Of a DNA stretch of 20,000 nucleotides, positions 1 to 11,375 are shown in pieces. Under the pieces are notes generated by a model. That model made no database searches. It was given only the letters and a program-made list of their open reading frames with translations, and was not told the DNA's origin. Source of the DNA: Catajapyx aquilonaris (Eukaryota); the NCBI GenBank assembly GCA_000934665.2, contig KZ538086.1, positions 116,015 to 136,014 of the forward strand. Direction: 5' to 3'. Positions within the stretch are counted from its first letter, which is position 1. Each line of letters begins with the position of its first letter. The translations under genes were made by a program, and so were the position numbers.

Positions 1-832
1 CGATGACAAATGAGCATCGGGGTCTGGGCTACCTGCTGGCGGCCTAGCTCTCCGTGACGGCCACTGGGAGACGCGAATTTAATCAGCGGCTGTCAAAAGG
101 GTAGTGCCGCCGGCGACCATTTATTCTGAGGAGGCTCATCCCCTCCTTCACCTCCTCCTTCCCCCACTTACCTCTGGAGGGTTGGCTACAGCAGAAGGAC
201 ACCTCCGAGATGGGTCCGCAGGGTTTCTCCATGTGGATTCGACTCCGTCGTCCTCGCCGGCAATTTGTCAATCCGGATCACTCGAGCAGCAATATATACG
301 GGGAGGTGCCATTGTTCTGCAATGGAGGTAGGACACGAGCAACTACTGTAGATGTAATGATACTTGGTGCTCGTGGACACACCCAGGTCTTAGCACATGC
401 ATTATTACTCATATCTCAGCATGTTTCGCTCTCACGTACACGTCGGGATCTACCGTCCAGTGGGAATGCCCATGAGAGAGTCCTCCACAACATAGTTGCA
501 GGTGTCAACTTAGGCATTGTGTCCTAGGATGTGTGGCAGAATTTGATGTTCGTTACATGCATCCTTCTTGTGCAAATGTGCCCTAGCGGCCGAAATTCAT
601 CCGTCAGCAGCTGCCATGAACCAGGCTCTGGGGTCGGTTATGGAGGGAAATAAGGGTCCGGTTGAAATTGTACATGACAGGAAAATCAAAGGATTTTCTA
701 GTGGTGGAGGGGAAGGGAAGGGCAGCGTCGACTTGCAATTGTGTGATTCCCTCGGATGATCTGGGACCGGAATCCAATGAATGCAGAGTGGGTGTTGTGA
801 AAGGGCCTAGGTGTAGGATATCATTCGGTGGT

Positions 833-854
833 GGGGGGGGGGGGGGGGGGGGGN
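833..854 (+). repeat. Poly-G tract (21 G) ending in N
   Basis: G run 833-853, N at 854. Confidence 0.9.
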
Positions 855-1472
855 TTTCGCGCCCCCATCACCTACACAGCTTTTTGCACTTCGATCGGAA
901 GGTGTTGCGTGCGAGATGCCCGCTTGGCCAGCATCCATCCATCTCCCCCCTCCTCCCACTGCCATCTTTTTAAGAAGAAGAAAAAAAAAATGAGAGAGGA
1001 AGGGAGATATGGCGAATAAGCACATCTATCCCTCTCAGACCCGTAACCGCCGTCGTGGTGGCAATTAGGCAGCGGTTTTGAAAGGAAGTTGAATGGGGCA
1101 ATTCGTCGGCAACATTGAGCCGCCATCGTTCCTGCACAATGCTTCTTCTTTGCTTGCCGGGGCCTGGATCATTCCTAAGGGAAGGAAGGAATGGTGGAAG
1201 GAGGAGGAGGAGGCGGCTGGGGTGTAATATTATTACATAATAGAATGCGGTCTGCTGAGGGGTGCGAATATAATAAAAGGGCTGGGAGGATGATGATAAT
1301 AATACAGTGTATATGCACTCCGGGAAGGGGGAAAATGAGCCTGGTAGGATCACTCCCCTTAATCTAGTTCCTTTAGCGAAACGGCAGATAGGAGTCGAGT
1401 TTCTCATTTCGTAGGTGGAGATAAAGCCGAGTTTGGAGCCATAAGTTATGAGCGAGATTGATGCGTTGTCCT

Positions 1473-1510
1473 GCAGCAGCAGCAGTAGAAGCAGTAGAAG
1501 CAGCAGCAGT
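1473..1510 (+). repeat. Imperfect (GCA)n/(GCAGTAGAA)n microsatellite
   Basis: gcagcagcagcagtagaagcagtagaagcagcagcagt; it explains the poly-Ser and poly-Leu runs in the overlapping ORFs. Confidence 0.8.
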
Positions 1511-3706
1511 TCCCCGAGATCAGGGCCAGTGCAGTACCGGTACGGTCTAAACGGACGCCTACTTTGGACTAAATTGTCCGTGGCGGAGTTGCACCGGCTT
1601 ATGGACCCCGGGGTTGTTATTCCGGAATAAGTATTCCTAATTAAATGCACCGTTGCTCATTGGATGGCGAGCTTGCAGACGAGAGAGGCAGAGAGCAGAA
1701 AATGGGCGCGGGGGAGGGAAGGGGGGAGAAGGAGGGAAGGGAGGGGCGCAGTGTATAATTATTACGGGAGTGCGCTCGTAAATGATACCTCAGATCTGGA
1801 GTAATCGCAGCATCCGAGGAACCGAGCAGCTGGAGGAGAGTAATTGAGAAACTTGGCAAAAGGGAGGTGCTGACACGTCTTTAGTCTTGTTCCTTCTCCT
1901 TCGCCGGCAAATGCGCCCATTCACGCCTCTGAACGATTATCGCCGGAATTTGATAAGGTTGAAAGATTATTTCGGGTTGGCGCTGGGGACGACTACCAAA
2001 ACTGATGGGATATTCAATGGTTTTGTTTCGACAAGCAGCGCGTGTCAATAGGGTCTGCTGGGGGTTCAGCTCGCACAACTGCCTAAAGGCTGGGTTTATT
2101 AAGCTCACTTGCGCGCTAACTGAGGTTAATTCTCCCCAGTTATGGGGCAAGCATATCAACTTGTGGCTCGGTGTTACCTTCTGTTGCGATTCGTGCCAGA
2201 TTCGCGCATGAAGAGAAGAGAGAGAGAGACCGTTATTGAAAAATCCGACGTTTGAAAAATGTTGCGGATTTTGCACAGCAGAAATGGACAGGCACGTTCT
2301 CTCTGCTTATTCCCTCAATGACCTCCCAGCTTTCTTATTTTCTGCAAATGGCGAGATCCTCCGAGGACTTTTGGTGCGACAATCGCCTCTCCCCATCTTG
2401 AGCCTTTTAAGCGATGCTGTACCGCGCAACTTTACAACCGGAACTGGAACAAAAAGCCAGATATGTGGCGTGGAACCAGCAGCTCTTTTCACTCGCATCC
2501 TTCTCCAGGCAGCTTTATCTCCAAAGAGTGCAATCAGCCACTGCCGAGTTAAATGTGCCATGCAAGTTAGCTCTCCATTGGAAACGTTAAAAGCTTACTC
2601 ACGTGAAGATTAAGCTGCCGTTAGTCTTATGTTCTAAAATGAATGTAATGGGCAGTAAAGTCGCCTCCTCTCCCCCAATAAACTCCGCTGGGAGGCTGTA
2701 CTTCCGTCATTTTAAAAGAACACCGGAGGCTTGATGGCTCTCCAAATATATGAAGCCACCCCCTCTCCTCACGACCACCCCCCACCTCCCCCAACTGGGT
2801 CCAAACCTTTTTCCAGCAGCCAAGTCCCGAGCTGGAAAGGTAGAGAGAAGAGGGGGGAAAAAACCCCCCCTCTCTCGTCTACTACTCATTCATTTCCAGG
2901 GTAATAGGCGCAGTTTTAGACGCGGAATGCACCATTTGGTTTCACACGAAACTACAAAAGAAGGATCAAGTCCGAAAGTTATCTCCTCCGTTATTGGCGC
3001 GCCCGGCTCAAATGCTAAACAGGGCGAGCATTCTGGACCTCTTTCTCCTTTTCCACCCTGCACATAAGTGAGGAGAATTTTTGTCGCCATGACAGTTGGC
3101 CTACCAATCAGGAGAATCCTCCCGATGATCGCCTTCACTGCCCGGAATCCCTTTCGCTAATGAAGTTTCTGGACACCTCGATGGCCGCCCGGAGTAAAAG
3201 CTGTCGTTAGGCGGACCCAAATGTCTAAATATTCTGGTGCGAGGTTTTGCAGGGTGGGCTTGAAGGTTGGGTTTCCTCCCCGCACCAATAAGATTGTAGT
3301 TTTAATATTTAAGCAGGAAATCGCGAGCTCGGGGGGAAAGCTGCCTTGGGTTGGTGGGTGGGAGTCTTATCAAGGAGGCGAGAGAGGCAAATTCCTATGC
3401 AATGTGGCTCCTCTAATGGCTTCCCCGGAATAAACTCCGTGGTCTTGGAATACCACTCGCTTGGTGGACCGACCTTCCCCCTTTTTTTGTGCCGCATTTC
3501 TTTTGCGCGGTGCGTGGCGAAACCTCGGAAGTTATAAGCCCCCTCAGTATCAATAAAAACGGCGTGAATTGATTGTAAAATCAGGGAAACGGAATGGAAA
3601 AAACCGCGGTCCTCAGACATACGTTGTGGTCGAAATGTCATTCATTGTGGGAAATGCCGAGAATTTACCATTCCAGTCGACAGAAAAATGTTGCCAAAAT
3701 TGGTAC

Positions 3707-3831
3707 TACAGGGTGTTGCACTGGCAAGGTCCACAGTTCAAGAGGATGGATTGTTTACACACCCTGCAACATGTTTGAAGCAACATTAACCTGTGTTAGT
3801 GTAAACAGGTTGCTTAAGTAAACATTCCATC
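3707..3831 (+). mobile_element. Degenerate Tc1/mariner-like non-autonomous element fragment
   Basis: Starts TA-CAGGGTGT, a typical Tc1/mariner terminus with TA target. Internal inverted repeat GATGGATTGTTTAC (3745-3758) vs GTAAACATTCCATC (3818-3831), 13/14 match. Similar to the fragment at 19041-19119. Confidence 0.5.
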
Positions 3832-3993
3832 GCTTCTCCACAATGTATCAGCTTGTATTTTTCTGTCAACAACCTAGGACGCGTGTCATTGGTCCCCCCT
3901 GAATATGTTGAGCATGGAAAAGGGATGCTGCTACACCTTGACTGAGATGCAGCTGACGTCCGAGTGATTGACAGAATCCTCCTTGTCCCGTGG

Positions 3994-4077
3994 CAGAAAA
4001 ATAAGAAAGGAAGGGGAAGGAGGGGCCAAAGAGGGAGAGAGGGGAAAAAAAGAAAGGAGAAAGAGGGAGGAAAAAAA
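3994..4077 (+). repeat. Polypurine low-complexity tract
   Basis: About 80 nt of almost pure A/G. Similar tracts occur at about 1710-1745 and 4280-4315, with a pyrimidine version at about 13048-13115. Confidence 0.8.
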
Positions 4078-4884
4078 TGGATCGTAGCTCAGTGAAGAAC
4101 CTCTCTAACTCTCTCCCTTCCTTACCTTCTTTCGACACCAGGAAAGAAAAATGTGGCGAGACGGGGATTTGCCACTTTTCAAAGTTTAGCACCTTTTCCC
4201 CATTCAATCTCCACTTGAGTTTAATGGATTTTGAGGAAAGAAAGCTAGAAGAGTGGGAGGTAGGCTGGGCTGGTGGTGTGAGGGAAAGGAGGAAGGGAGG
4301 AGGAGGAGAGGGGGATGCAAGGGCTAGATTTTACAAGATTGGAACAGATCGATGGCGCGGTAAATCTTTCAATCGCATCGCCTCAGGCTCTTAGGGTTGC
4401 CTCTGTACCTGAGCAATTAATTTCACGCACCGGCATCCGCTTATATGGCTACTGTGCCACGCCAGATGGGTCCTACTGGATATTTATATACACCCATTTT
4501 CAGGAGTTACGTTTTTGACAGATTTTCTTTAAAAAATATCCCTCCCTCTGCTGCTGCTGCATGCGCTGAAGGCTGATTTGCACAAACTGGAGACGGTTAT
4601 ATTGTTGGCGCAAACTCTTGTTTTGAAGAGGTTGTCCGTCCACTTCTACCGGATTACTCGGGGCTGGCTGCTTTGAAAATGTCGAAATTAACCAGTGGCT
4701 GGTAGACATTGAGCCACGTCGCACGCAGATGCCCTTTTCCTTTGTGCGTATGTTGAGTGGGGGGGATTGGGGGAGCCCCGGATCTCGATAGAGAATATCG
4801 GCGTAGGAAAGCAGTCGAAAGGGATGGTGGTGGAGGGGAGGGGAAGGAAGAATGGAGTGGCGCACTTTCTGGCTTTCCAAGTAA

Positions 4885-5417
4885 AGGCCTGTCCAGACGT
4901 CCAAGAAAACTCGTGCACGAGTTGCCAGAGGCGCCTGGCGACGAAGCCTCCCAAGGTGTGGGGAAAGATCTATAGGGTCATTTGGCAGGTGCGGCCTGTT
5001 CAGAACACCTCAAAATTCTTCAGCTCCGCTTGTAATCAATCGTTGATCATAATACATTGCAGATGATAACACACTCAATACATTTGTGATCGTTGCCCCG
5101 GTGTACAGATTTTCTGGGCCCATTGGGGTGTGCTGTATCTCAAGCATAGCAGAGGGACCCTAAAGATGACGAAAATCGAAAATCTGCCTTGAAATAGGTC
5201 AAAGCCCCCCGCCCCCCCCCCCAAAAAAAAAAAAAAATCCCATAAGCAGTGTAAGTTATTATTGCCAACGATTGATAGCGAGAGGAGCTGAATATTTTGG
5301 GCTGTTCTGAACAGGCCTGTCGAATGACCCTAGATCTTTCCCCAGCCTCTCGGTCCTCCGTCGCCAGGCACCTCTGGCAACTCGTGCACGAGTTTTCTCG
5401 GACGTCTGGACAGGCCT
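4885..5417. mobile_element. Non-autonomous fold-back DNA transposon (MITE), PIF/Harbinger (Tourist-like)
   Basis: Terminal inverted repeats begin AGGCCTGTCCAGACG; 57 of the first 59 nt match between arms (4885-4943 vs reverse complement of 5359-5417). Gapped similarity continues to about 5060 and 5246. TAA flanks both sides (4882-4884 and 5418-5420), the TWA target-site duplication typical of PIF/Harbinger. No transposase ORF. Confidence 0.85.
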
Positions 5418-5952
5418 TAAAGCCTTGCCACAAACAGCCACCACTTAGCCAATGTCTAAAATTCGAGTGGGGCAGGCAGGCCGCTGTTTGAAGGGAGAGA
5501 CTTGAAAGTCCTGTTTTGGGGAGGGAGGGAGAGGCTGGAGGAGGAGGTAGGTGCCAGAGAAAACTGTGTTTTCAGAGAGTTTAACTGCGAGTCACCACAA
5601 ACGTAACCGTGGAAGGTGGCAAAGAAATAGTCAGAAGTTGCATCCGAATTGACGTCAACTCGGTGTCATAACCGCATTGTTTGAAATGTATGAGACGGTG
5701 AGGCGTGCCCCTGGAAAAGGCCTGCATTGTTCGGAACAAACGGTGCCCTCCCCCACCCCCTTGCTCTCTCTATTTTTTTTGTCCCTGGGGATCTATGCGA
5801 GTGCCCCCCGGTGAGGGGTTTTTGCCGAGCCCATAACCAGGTATGGTATTGGCCGCCGTTTTCATGCGAAATCGAATGCTTATGGCTGATGGATTGGTTG
5901 AATGGATGACAGTATTGCGTGGCCAAGGTGCCTCGGGCTGTGTTCTCTGCTC

Positions 5953-5974
5953 GGGGGGGGGGGGGGGGGGGGGN
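5953..5974 (+). repeat. Poly-G tract (21 G) ending in N
   Basis: G run 5953-5973, N at 5974. Confidence 0.9.
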
Positions 5975-8900
5975 TAGGCCACCGACCAATTTGGTAGGGA
6001 TGAGGGGGTGTTTGCAGGCGGGGAGATACTGTACACACACACGGCCCCGGTAGGCGAGAGGGCACAGAAAAGCCTTCTCTATCTCCCACCAGCGCCAGGA
6101 GAATGTGTATCTTATCGGGGGGGATATAAAATCTGGGATTGATTGAAGGCTCGTTCCCCCACACCTCTTGCCTGATACCGACTTAAAACGTTATTAGTAA
6201 TCCGGGAATGTAATTGCAGCATCCGGCATTAATGGTGGTAACAGACTCGTAATCATAGGAACACTGTACATGAAAAAGAAGATAACCAGCGTAATGGATT
6301 TTGCATTGTACGTGTTCATTGAGCATTTGCATAAATTACGGTCGGCCGTTTCGGAATTTGCATGACCGTATCGGGGGAAGGGTCCGGCGGCAGAGAATGG
6401 GGCCTGCGTATGTGTGTATGTGTGCGAGAGTCCGTGTGCCTGTCTGCCTAGAGAGCGAGATGCGAAATTGAGGAGCCGTCCGATTGCGTGCTCAATTGAT
6501 CGGGAATGTCCCATGTCTATTTCATTGTTGATGGCTCTTGATTTTGAAAATTCATGAGAGCGGAGAAGGTTTCGTGCAATAGTGATTGACGCTGTGTGAA
6601 AGGAGCGGATCTCGAACGTTTCTCGCCGTCTTTTGGCTTGGAAACACGATGGCTTTGACAAGGAATCTCTCCTTCAGCAGCATCCTCCTACACTTCCTCT
6701 GGTATTCTCTTTCCCTCTCCCTCCCTGCCTCCCTTTTCCCCATCCGAATCCTCACCCACCCACTGGGCATGCACGCGGGCGCATTCAGCCAAATGCCAAA
6801 TTGATTGGTGGTCTAAATGCGGGCCGGCTAGCACAAAAGCCCAGGGACACCCTTTCCCGCTGAAATTATTAATGCAAATTAGTCATCGTGGGGCCTTGGC
6901 GCAAAGCAGGGGGCTGAAATGGGGGTTTAACAAGCCGGAGGTAGGTGCTGGAGTGGGGGTGGGTTTTTCTAAAAAAAAAAAAAAAACTTTTTTTAAAAAT
7001 AAAATGTAGTACTGAGAACGAGGTGGTAAAAAAAAAATCCATCCTCGTACTTAATAAGACTAATGTACGGTAATGTCTGATTGCTCCGGGGCCTCTCTCG
7101 CACGTTTTGGCACTTGTTTCACATTTATTCGGGCATCTTGACTGGTGGTCCGGGGCATTATTTTGTTTTGATTTGTTGATAGGGTAATGCGGGTTGGAGA
7201 CGCGGCGAGTTTTTACTGCGACTCATTTGTCTCGACTTGTGTGCTCCGTTTGCTTGCTGTTTCGGGGGAGGGGAGGGGCGGATGGGGGAGGAGAAAGAGA
7301 CTGCTCCTACTTTCCGATGCGCCAGTTTCTCTCTCAAATGTTCCTTTGCATGCGGACTTTTCCGTAAAGCTGCCTCGGTTTATGTCTGCCGTTCGTCAAT
7401 TTCACTGGAAATCCGGGCCCGTGCTTGGTAAACATGGGGAGCGTTCGTTTTCAAACCTTGACTCCGGGGATGGGGATTTCTTACCATGGGGTTTTGTCTG
7501 CAGGGACCTGATCAGCCAAAAAGGACGACTCTCCTCCTCCTCCTCTTCCACCCCTCTTCTCCTCCTCCCCTATCGATTAAAACGACTAGATCCGGCGCTC
7601 GTCACTGCCAAAAAGCGCCGGAATCTCTGAATCCGTGCGACAAGTCGATCCATAATTGAGAGCCAATTCCGGGGAAAGGAATCTCTCCAAACCCCGTGAC
7701 CGGCTCCAGCAGCACTAACCCTAACGTGTTGGTATGTAGCCCCAGTCTACTACTTTCTGCTATCGCCTCTCGGACCCGCTATGCGTCTACCTCCTCTAGC
7801 TCTCTCTCTCCTCGCCATTTTGGGAGGCTAATGAAACGCCGGATTTTTGCACTCCCGGAAAACTTTTTGAGGGGTCTGGTCACGCCCCAGAAACTCTTTT
7901 TGGCCCCCGAATCTTCCTTTCTGAGTGTGCAGCCAAGTGGCCCGCGTGGTTCACCAGGTGGTAAGGAAAAATACTGCTTCCCCACCCACCCCCCTTCCTC
8001 ATCTCCCCCCCATTCATCACTCGAGGGGGGGAAGGAGGGGATGCCTTTGGGCCAGCGTTTGTTGGACAGGTGACCTTCCCCCCTCCTAGTATTCCGGGCG
8101 GGCCCTCAAAACTCTATAACCAGATGCAAAGTTTCCCAAACCTTCCATGAGCTGTAAAGTCCGGAATAGGTGGGAGAAAACTGGGCGTGGGAAACTACGA
8201 GGCCAGTCGATCAGTAATTCTTCAACTGTTGACGTTATCACCCCATCCCTTTCCGTCAGGAATTATTTTCGGCCTCAAAACTTGTTATTTTGGCCCTGAA
8301 AAGCGAAAACACAGTAACTGTAGCTAAGAACTTTTTTTATTATTTCTCGTGGCGGAGGTGAGGCACGGAACTGCTTACCTGCTCTAATTTGAACAGTACC
8401 TGGTGCATGTTCGAAACCCAGTAACAAGTACCTTTGCCCGCAGTGGTGTGTTTTTGGGCTTTGAACCGGGTCCAGTTTTGGGATGCTCCGAATGTCCTGC
8501 CGGCTGGCTGGGGGGCTATGGCCGTTTGGGTCCGTATTGACACCCGCTGGTAAATTGTTGATGTGTCTGCCTGCCAATTTTTGACGTGTTGGGATGCAGT
8601 TGGATACCCCAATTAATATGTGCATTTAAATGGACTCCGCAGCCAATGATACAGAAACATTCGGCCATGTTTGTCTATAATTGTTTGCGTTTGGAGGGGC
8701 GGCAGCGTGGTGTGTTTTTGGTCTGCCCATCGCAATGGGAGATGGAAGGCTCCAATTTCCACCTCGGTGGGTTTTTGGAGGGAGGGAGGGTGTGGATTTA
8801 AAAATAATTCATAGGTTGGGTGGACCCCCCTGTTCCGTTGCCGGAGAGTGCAGTGGGTGGGTGGGCGGACGAGGGATATTATTCTAGCCCCTGGCTATGG

Positions 8901-10564
8901 CGGGGACGAATGAATTAATTTTGCTGGTTTTGTGTAAGCGAGCCCTCCCGCGCCAGCTTGACCGGCAGCTGTCGCCAATCGAAAAGAAGTTGTCGCGGGG
9001 ACGTCGCCCCCAGAGGGGGGAGGCCATTTTTCGTTACTTTGGCAACCCGGCAGGTGTACCGCCCACTTGTTTCATCGAGACCCGCATCCCAAAAAATTAC
9101 GGAATGGCTTTTGCGGGCGGATGGCCTGACAGGGCCCGGGTAATTGGCCAGTTTGGGTGCGGCGGGGGTTTTCCTGCCCAAGGGCTATCCGAGACCTTCG
9201 CTGGCCCAAATCAATGGGTTGGTTGGCTGGCTGGATGGCTGGCCATTGCGACCCCCCAGTCTGCTAGTGGGGAAGAGAGCCAGCTAGTCTTCAGGAATTA
9301 GGGACCAAGCAGGTCAAGCGTTTCCCCACCCGATTGGATAATGGCGAGACCTTCTGCTGCAAGGAGCCAAGGGGGGATTAGTCGATTTCAGGTGTATGTA
9401 CACAAAGTTGCAGATCGGTTTTCTCATATCGTGTTTTTTTTTTTTTATGGCCTGAGATTGAATTTCTTCCGAGAGCAAACTTGGCCGCTTAGGTCAACAC
9501 TATTAGCCTACAGACTTGAAAAGTAGCCGTTGCTGGATTTCGACGTCCAGTGAGTCGGGTTAAATCAACGTCTAATTGGGTAAAGAGGAAGTCCCAAATG
9601 TAGGGTCGCATTATTGACCCTGTCCGGATCTGGGCTGATTTAATTCAAGTCCCTAGACTGTAGCGGTGAAAGCCTAGCAGTTGCGAGCCAGGCATTTTTT
9701 TCCCCCCCAGGGGCATGCAAGCCGCCATCCTCTTGTCAAAGTGGTTACAGGTACGTGTACAGCTGTGAAAGAGTCGGAAAACATGTCCAAAACTGAGGAG
9801 TCTTTACAATCTAAAACACCTTGGTTTGTGACTTCTTATTTAAAAGGTACCATCGAGCACCAATATTCATTTTACACGAAACCACGAATGAAAAGGAACT
9901 GGTATTTAAAAAACATATATATACGCATCATCTCGATTAGAAGACTCACATGGGTATATTTTGCCGATCCGGGTTTCGTGACTAAGAGTAAATGGAAATC
10001 AGCATGATTTCCCTCGTTACAAATTGTTGGGAGCAACGAACAAACAATGGCTCGAGTATCTCCATTCAGTGTCATTCATTCTGCTGAACCTGAGAATGGA
10101 CAAGTTTATATGACTGCATGATCTGCTGTGAATTTTGTGCGTTATGAAATAATTCTCAATGCACATGTGTGGAATCCTCCGCTGGGAACACTACAGTGAA
10201 GAGAGATGATGGGAATCCCATTTTTTCTAGCCATGGTCTGTACTGTCAAGCGCATTGTTCTTCCACCGGTTCGTAACCTGGGATCCAGAGGCATGTATAC
10301 CGGTTTCATGCATGGAAATGAGCCCAGATTTCGGGTAAGCGTGTGTGTCGTGCGAAATATGCGTGCGTGGGCGACGCACATGCGACGATCTAGCAGCAGA
10401 AGATGCCTTGGTGTGCGCATGAAGTAATCCGAATCGGCCTAGTGTCAACCTCCGGCGAGAGTCTCATTCACTAATGTCTCACGTTGGGAGCTATCTCTTC
10501 GTGCACTTCCGTCCGCGGTCGGGCTCGTCGGCTGGGCTTTGATCGTTTTGTGAGGGGAGGGTTG

Positions 10565-10715
10565 GTCGTAGGGGGGGAGAGGAGGGGAGAGGGGAGGGGA
10601 GGGTGGATCGACGGTGGGGTAGAGGGGGGATCGTCGGCGCGTTTCTGCGCCCAGCCAGCCAGGCAGGCAGGCAGAGTCGCAGGGGACGCGGAGGTTGGCA
10701 GCGGGAGCGTCAGTC
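10565..10715 (+). promoter_or_regulatory. Candidate TATA-less core promoter: G/A-rich tract followed by initiator-like TCAGTC
   Basis: TCAGTC at 10710-10715 matches the arthropod Inr consensus TCAKTY. It follows a purine tract (about 10570-10605) and CCAG/GCAG repeats and lies at the start of the GC-rich region holding the exon. No canonical DPE at +28 to +32. Confidence 0.35.
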
Positions 10716-11060
10716 TCCTGGCAGCCGCGTGCCCATCCGCGTGCCGTCGCTCCTGGCTTCTTCTTCTTCCCCCCTCCTCCTCCTCCTCCCTCCACTACAC
10801 TCCTCCCTCCCCTACCCGGTCAAAAGTTTGGTCATCACTGGACAGGCGCATGTGGGTGACATCCCGGGGAGTGCGAGCACCACAGGGCAGCAGCATCAGC
10901 GGGCGGCAGAAGCAGCATCAGTAGCGAGACACATCCGCCGGTGAGCGAGAGAAGAAGAAGAAGAACAAGAGACAGTGGTGCTTTGTCTGGGTCATGTTGG
11001 ACCAACTACCTCACCAGTAAACAAGGAGGCCCCGCACGCGAGGCGTCCTCCAGTGGCGAC

Positions 11061-11375
11061 CTGGAAATAAGCGTGGAGACTTGTTGGCTGGGCGAGGCGT
11101 TGCGTGGGGCGGCGCTCCACCAGCGGTTGTCCTCCTCGCTGGTACCCAGGCGGTGCCCTCCTCTGCCCTTGCCCCCGGCGGCGGTCCCTCCGACGACGGC
11201 ACCCGGCGCCCTACAGGCGCCGGCCACCTCCCCGCCCGGTCCCCCGCTCCATGTCAAGGTGTATCTGAACGGGTGCAGCAGCACGCCGGCGGCCGCCGCA
11301 GCAGCAGCAGCAGCGTACCTGCAGCAGCAGCAACAACAACAGCAGCCGGCGTCCCACCACCCCAGGGCCGCCCCG
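11061..11375 (+). CDS. Probable in-frame upstream extension of the same exon, with a Pro-rich tract, poly-Ala9 and poly-Gln8; the 5' boundary is uncertain
   Basis: The frame is open from the TGA at 10857-10859 through to 11585. Ala run 11289-11315 mixes GCG/GCC/GCA and Gln run 11322-11345 mixes CAG/CAA, both in frame. There is no in-frame ATG before 11376. Candidate entry points are CTG 11061, GTG 11073, or an acceptor such as cccag|g at 11149/11150. Confidence 0.45.
11289..11345 (+). repeat. GCN/CAR trinucleotide (opa-like) repeat encoding Ala9-Tyr-Leu-Gln8
   Basis: Read directly: gcg gcc gcc gca gca gca gca gca gcg tac ctg cag cag cag caa caa caa cag cag. Confidence 0.9.

Noticed and set aside
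970..1650. 226-aa minus-strand ORF
   Set aside because: Low-complexity product driven by microsatellite and purine tracts; no domain or codon bias.
4688..5491. Pairs of similar short ORFs (KACPDVQENSCTSCQR / KACPDVRENSCTSCQR)
   Set aside because: The similarity comes from the two arms of the inverted-repeat element, not from duplicated genes.
7572..7649. Short hairpin with GACTAGATCC resembling the miR-279 seed region
   Set aside because: Only about 12 bp of good stem, the match is on the 5' arm whereas miR-279 comes from the 3' arm, and the rest of the sequence diverges.
9508..9663. Patchy inverted symmetry (CTACAG, GACTTGAA, TTAAATCA motifs)
   Set aside because: Matches are short and need large indels; not distinguishable from chance without other copies.
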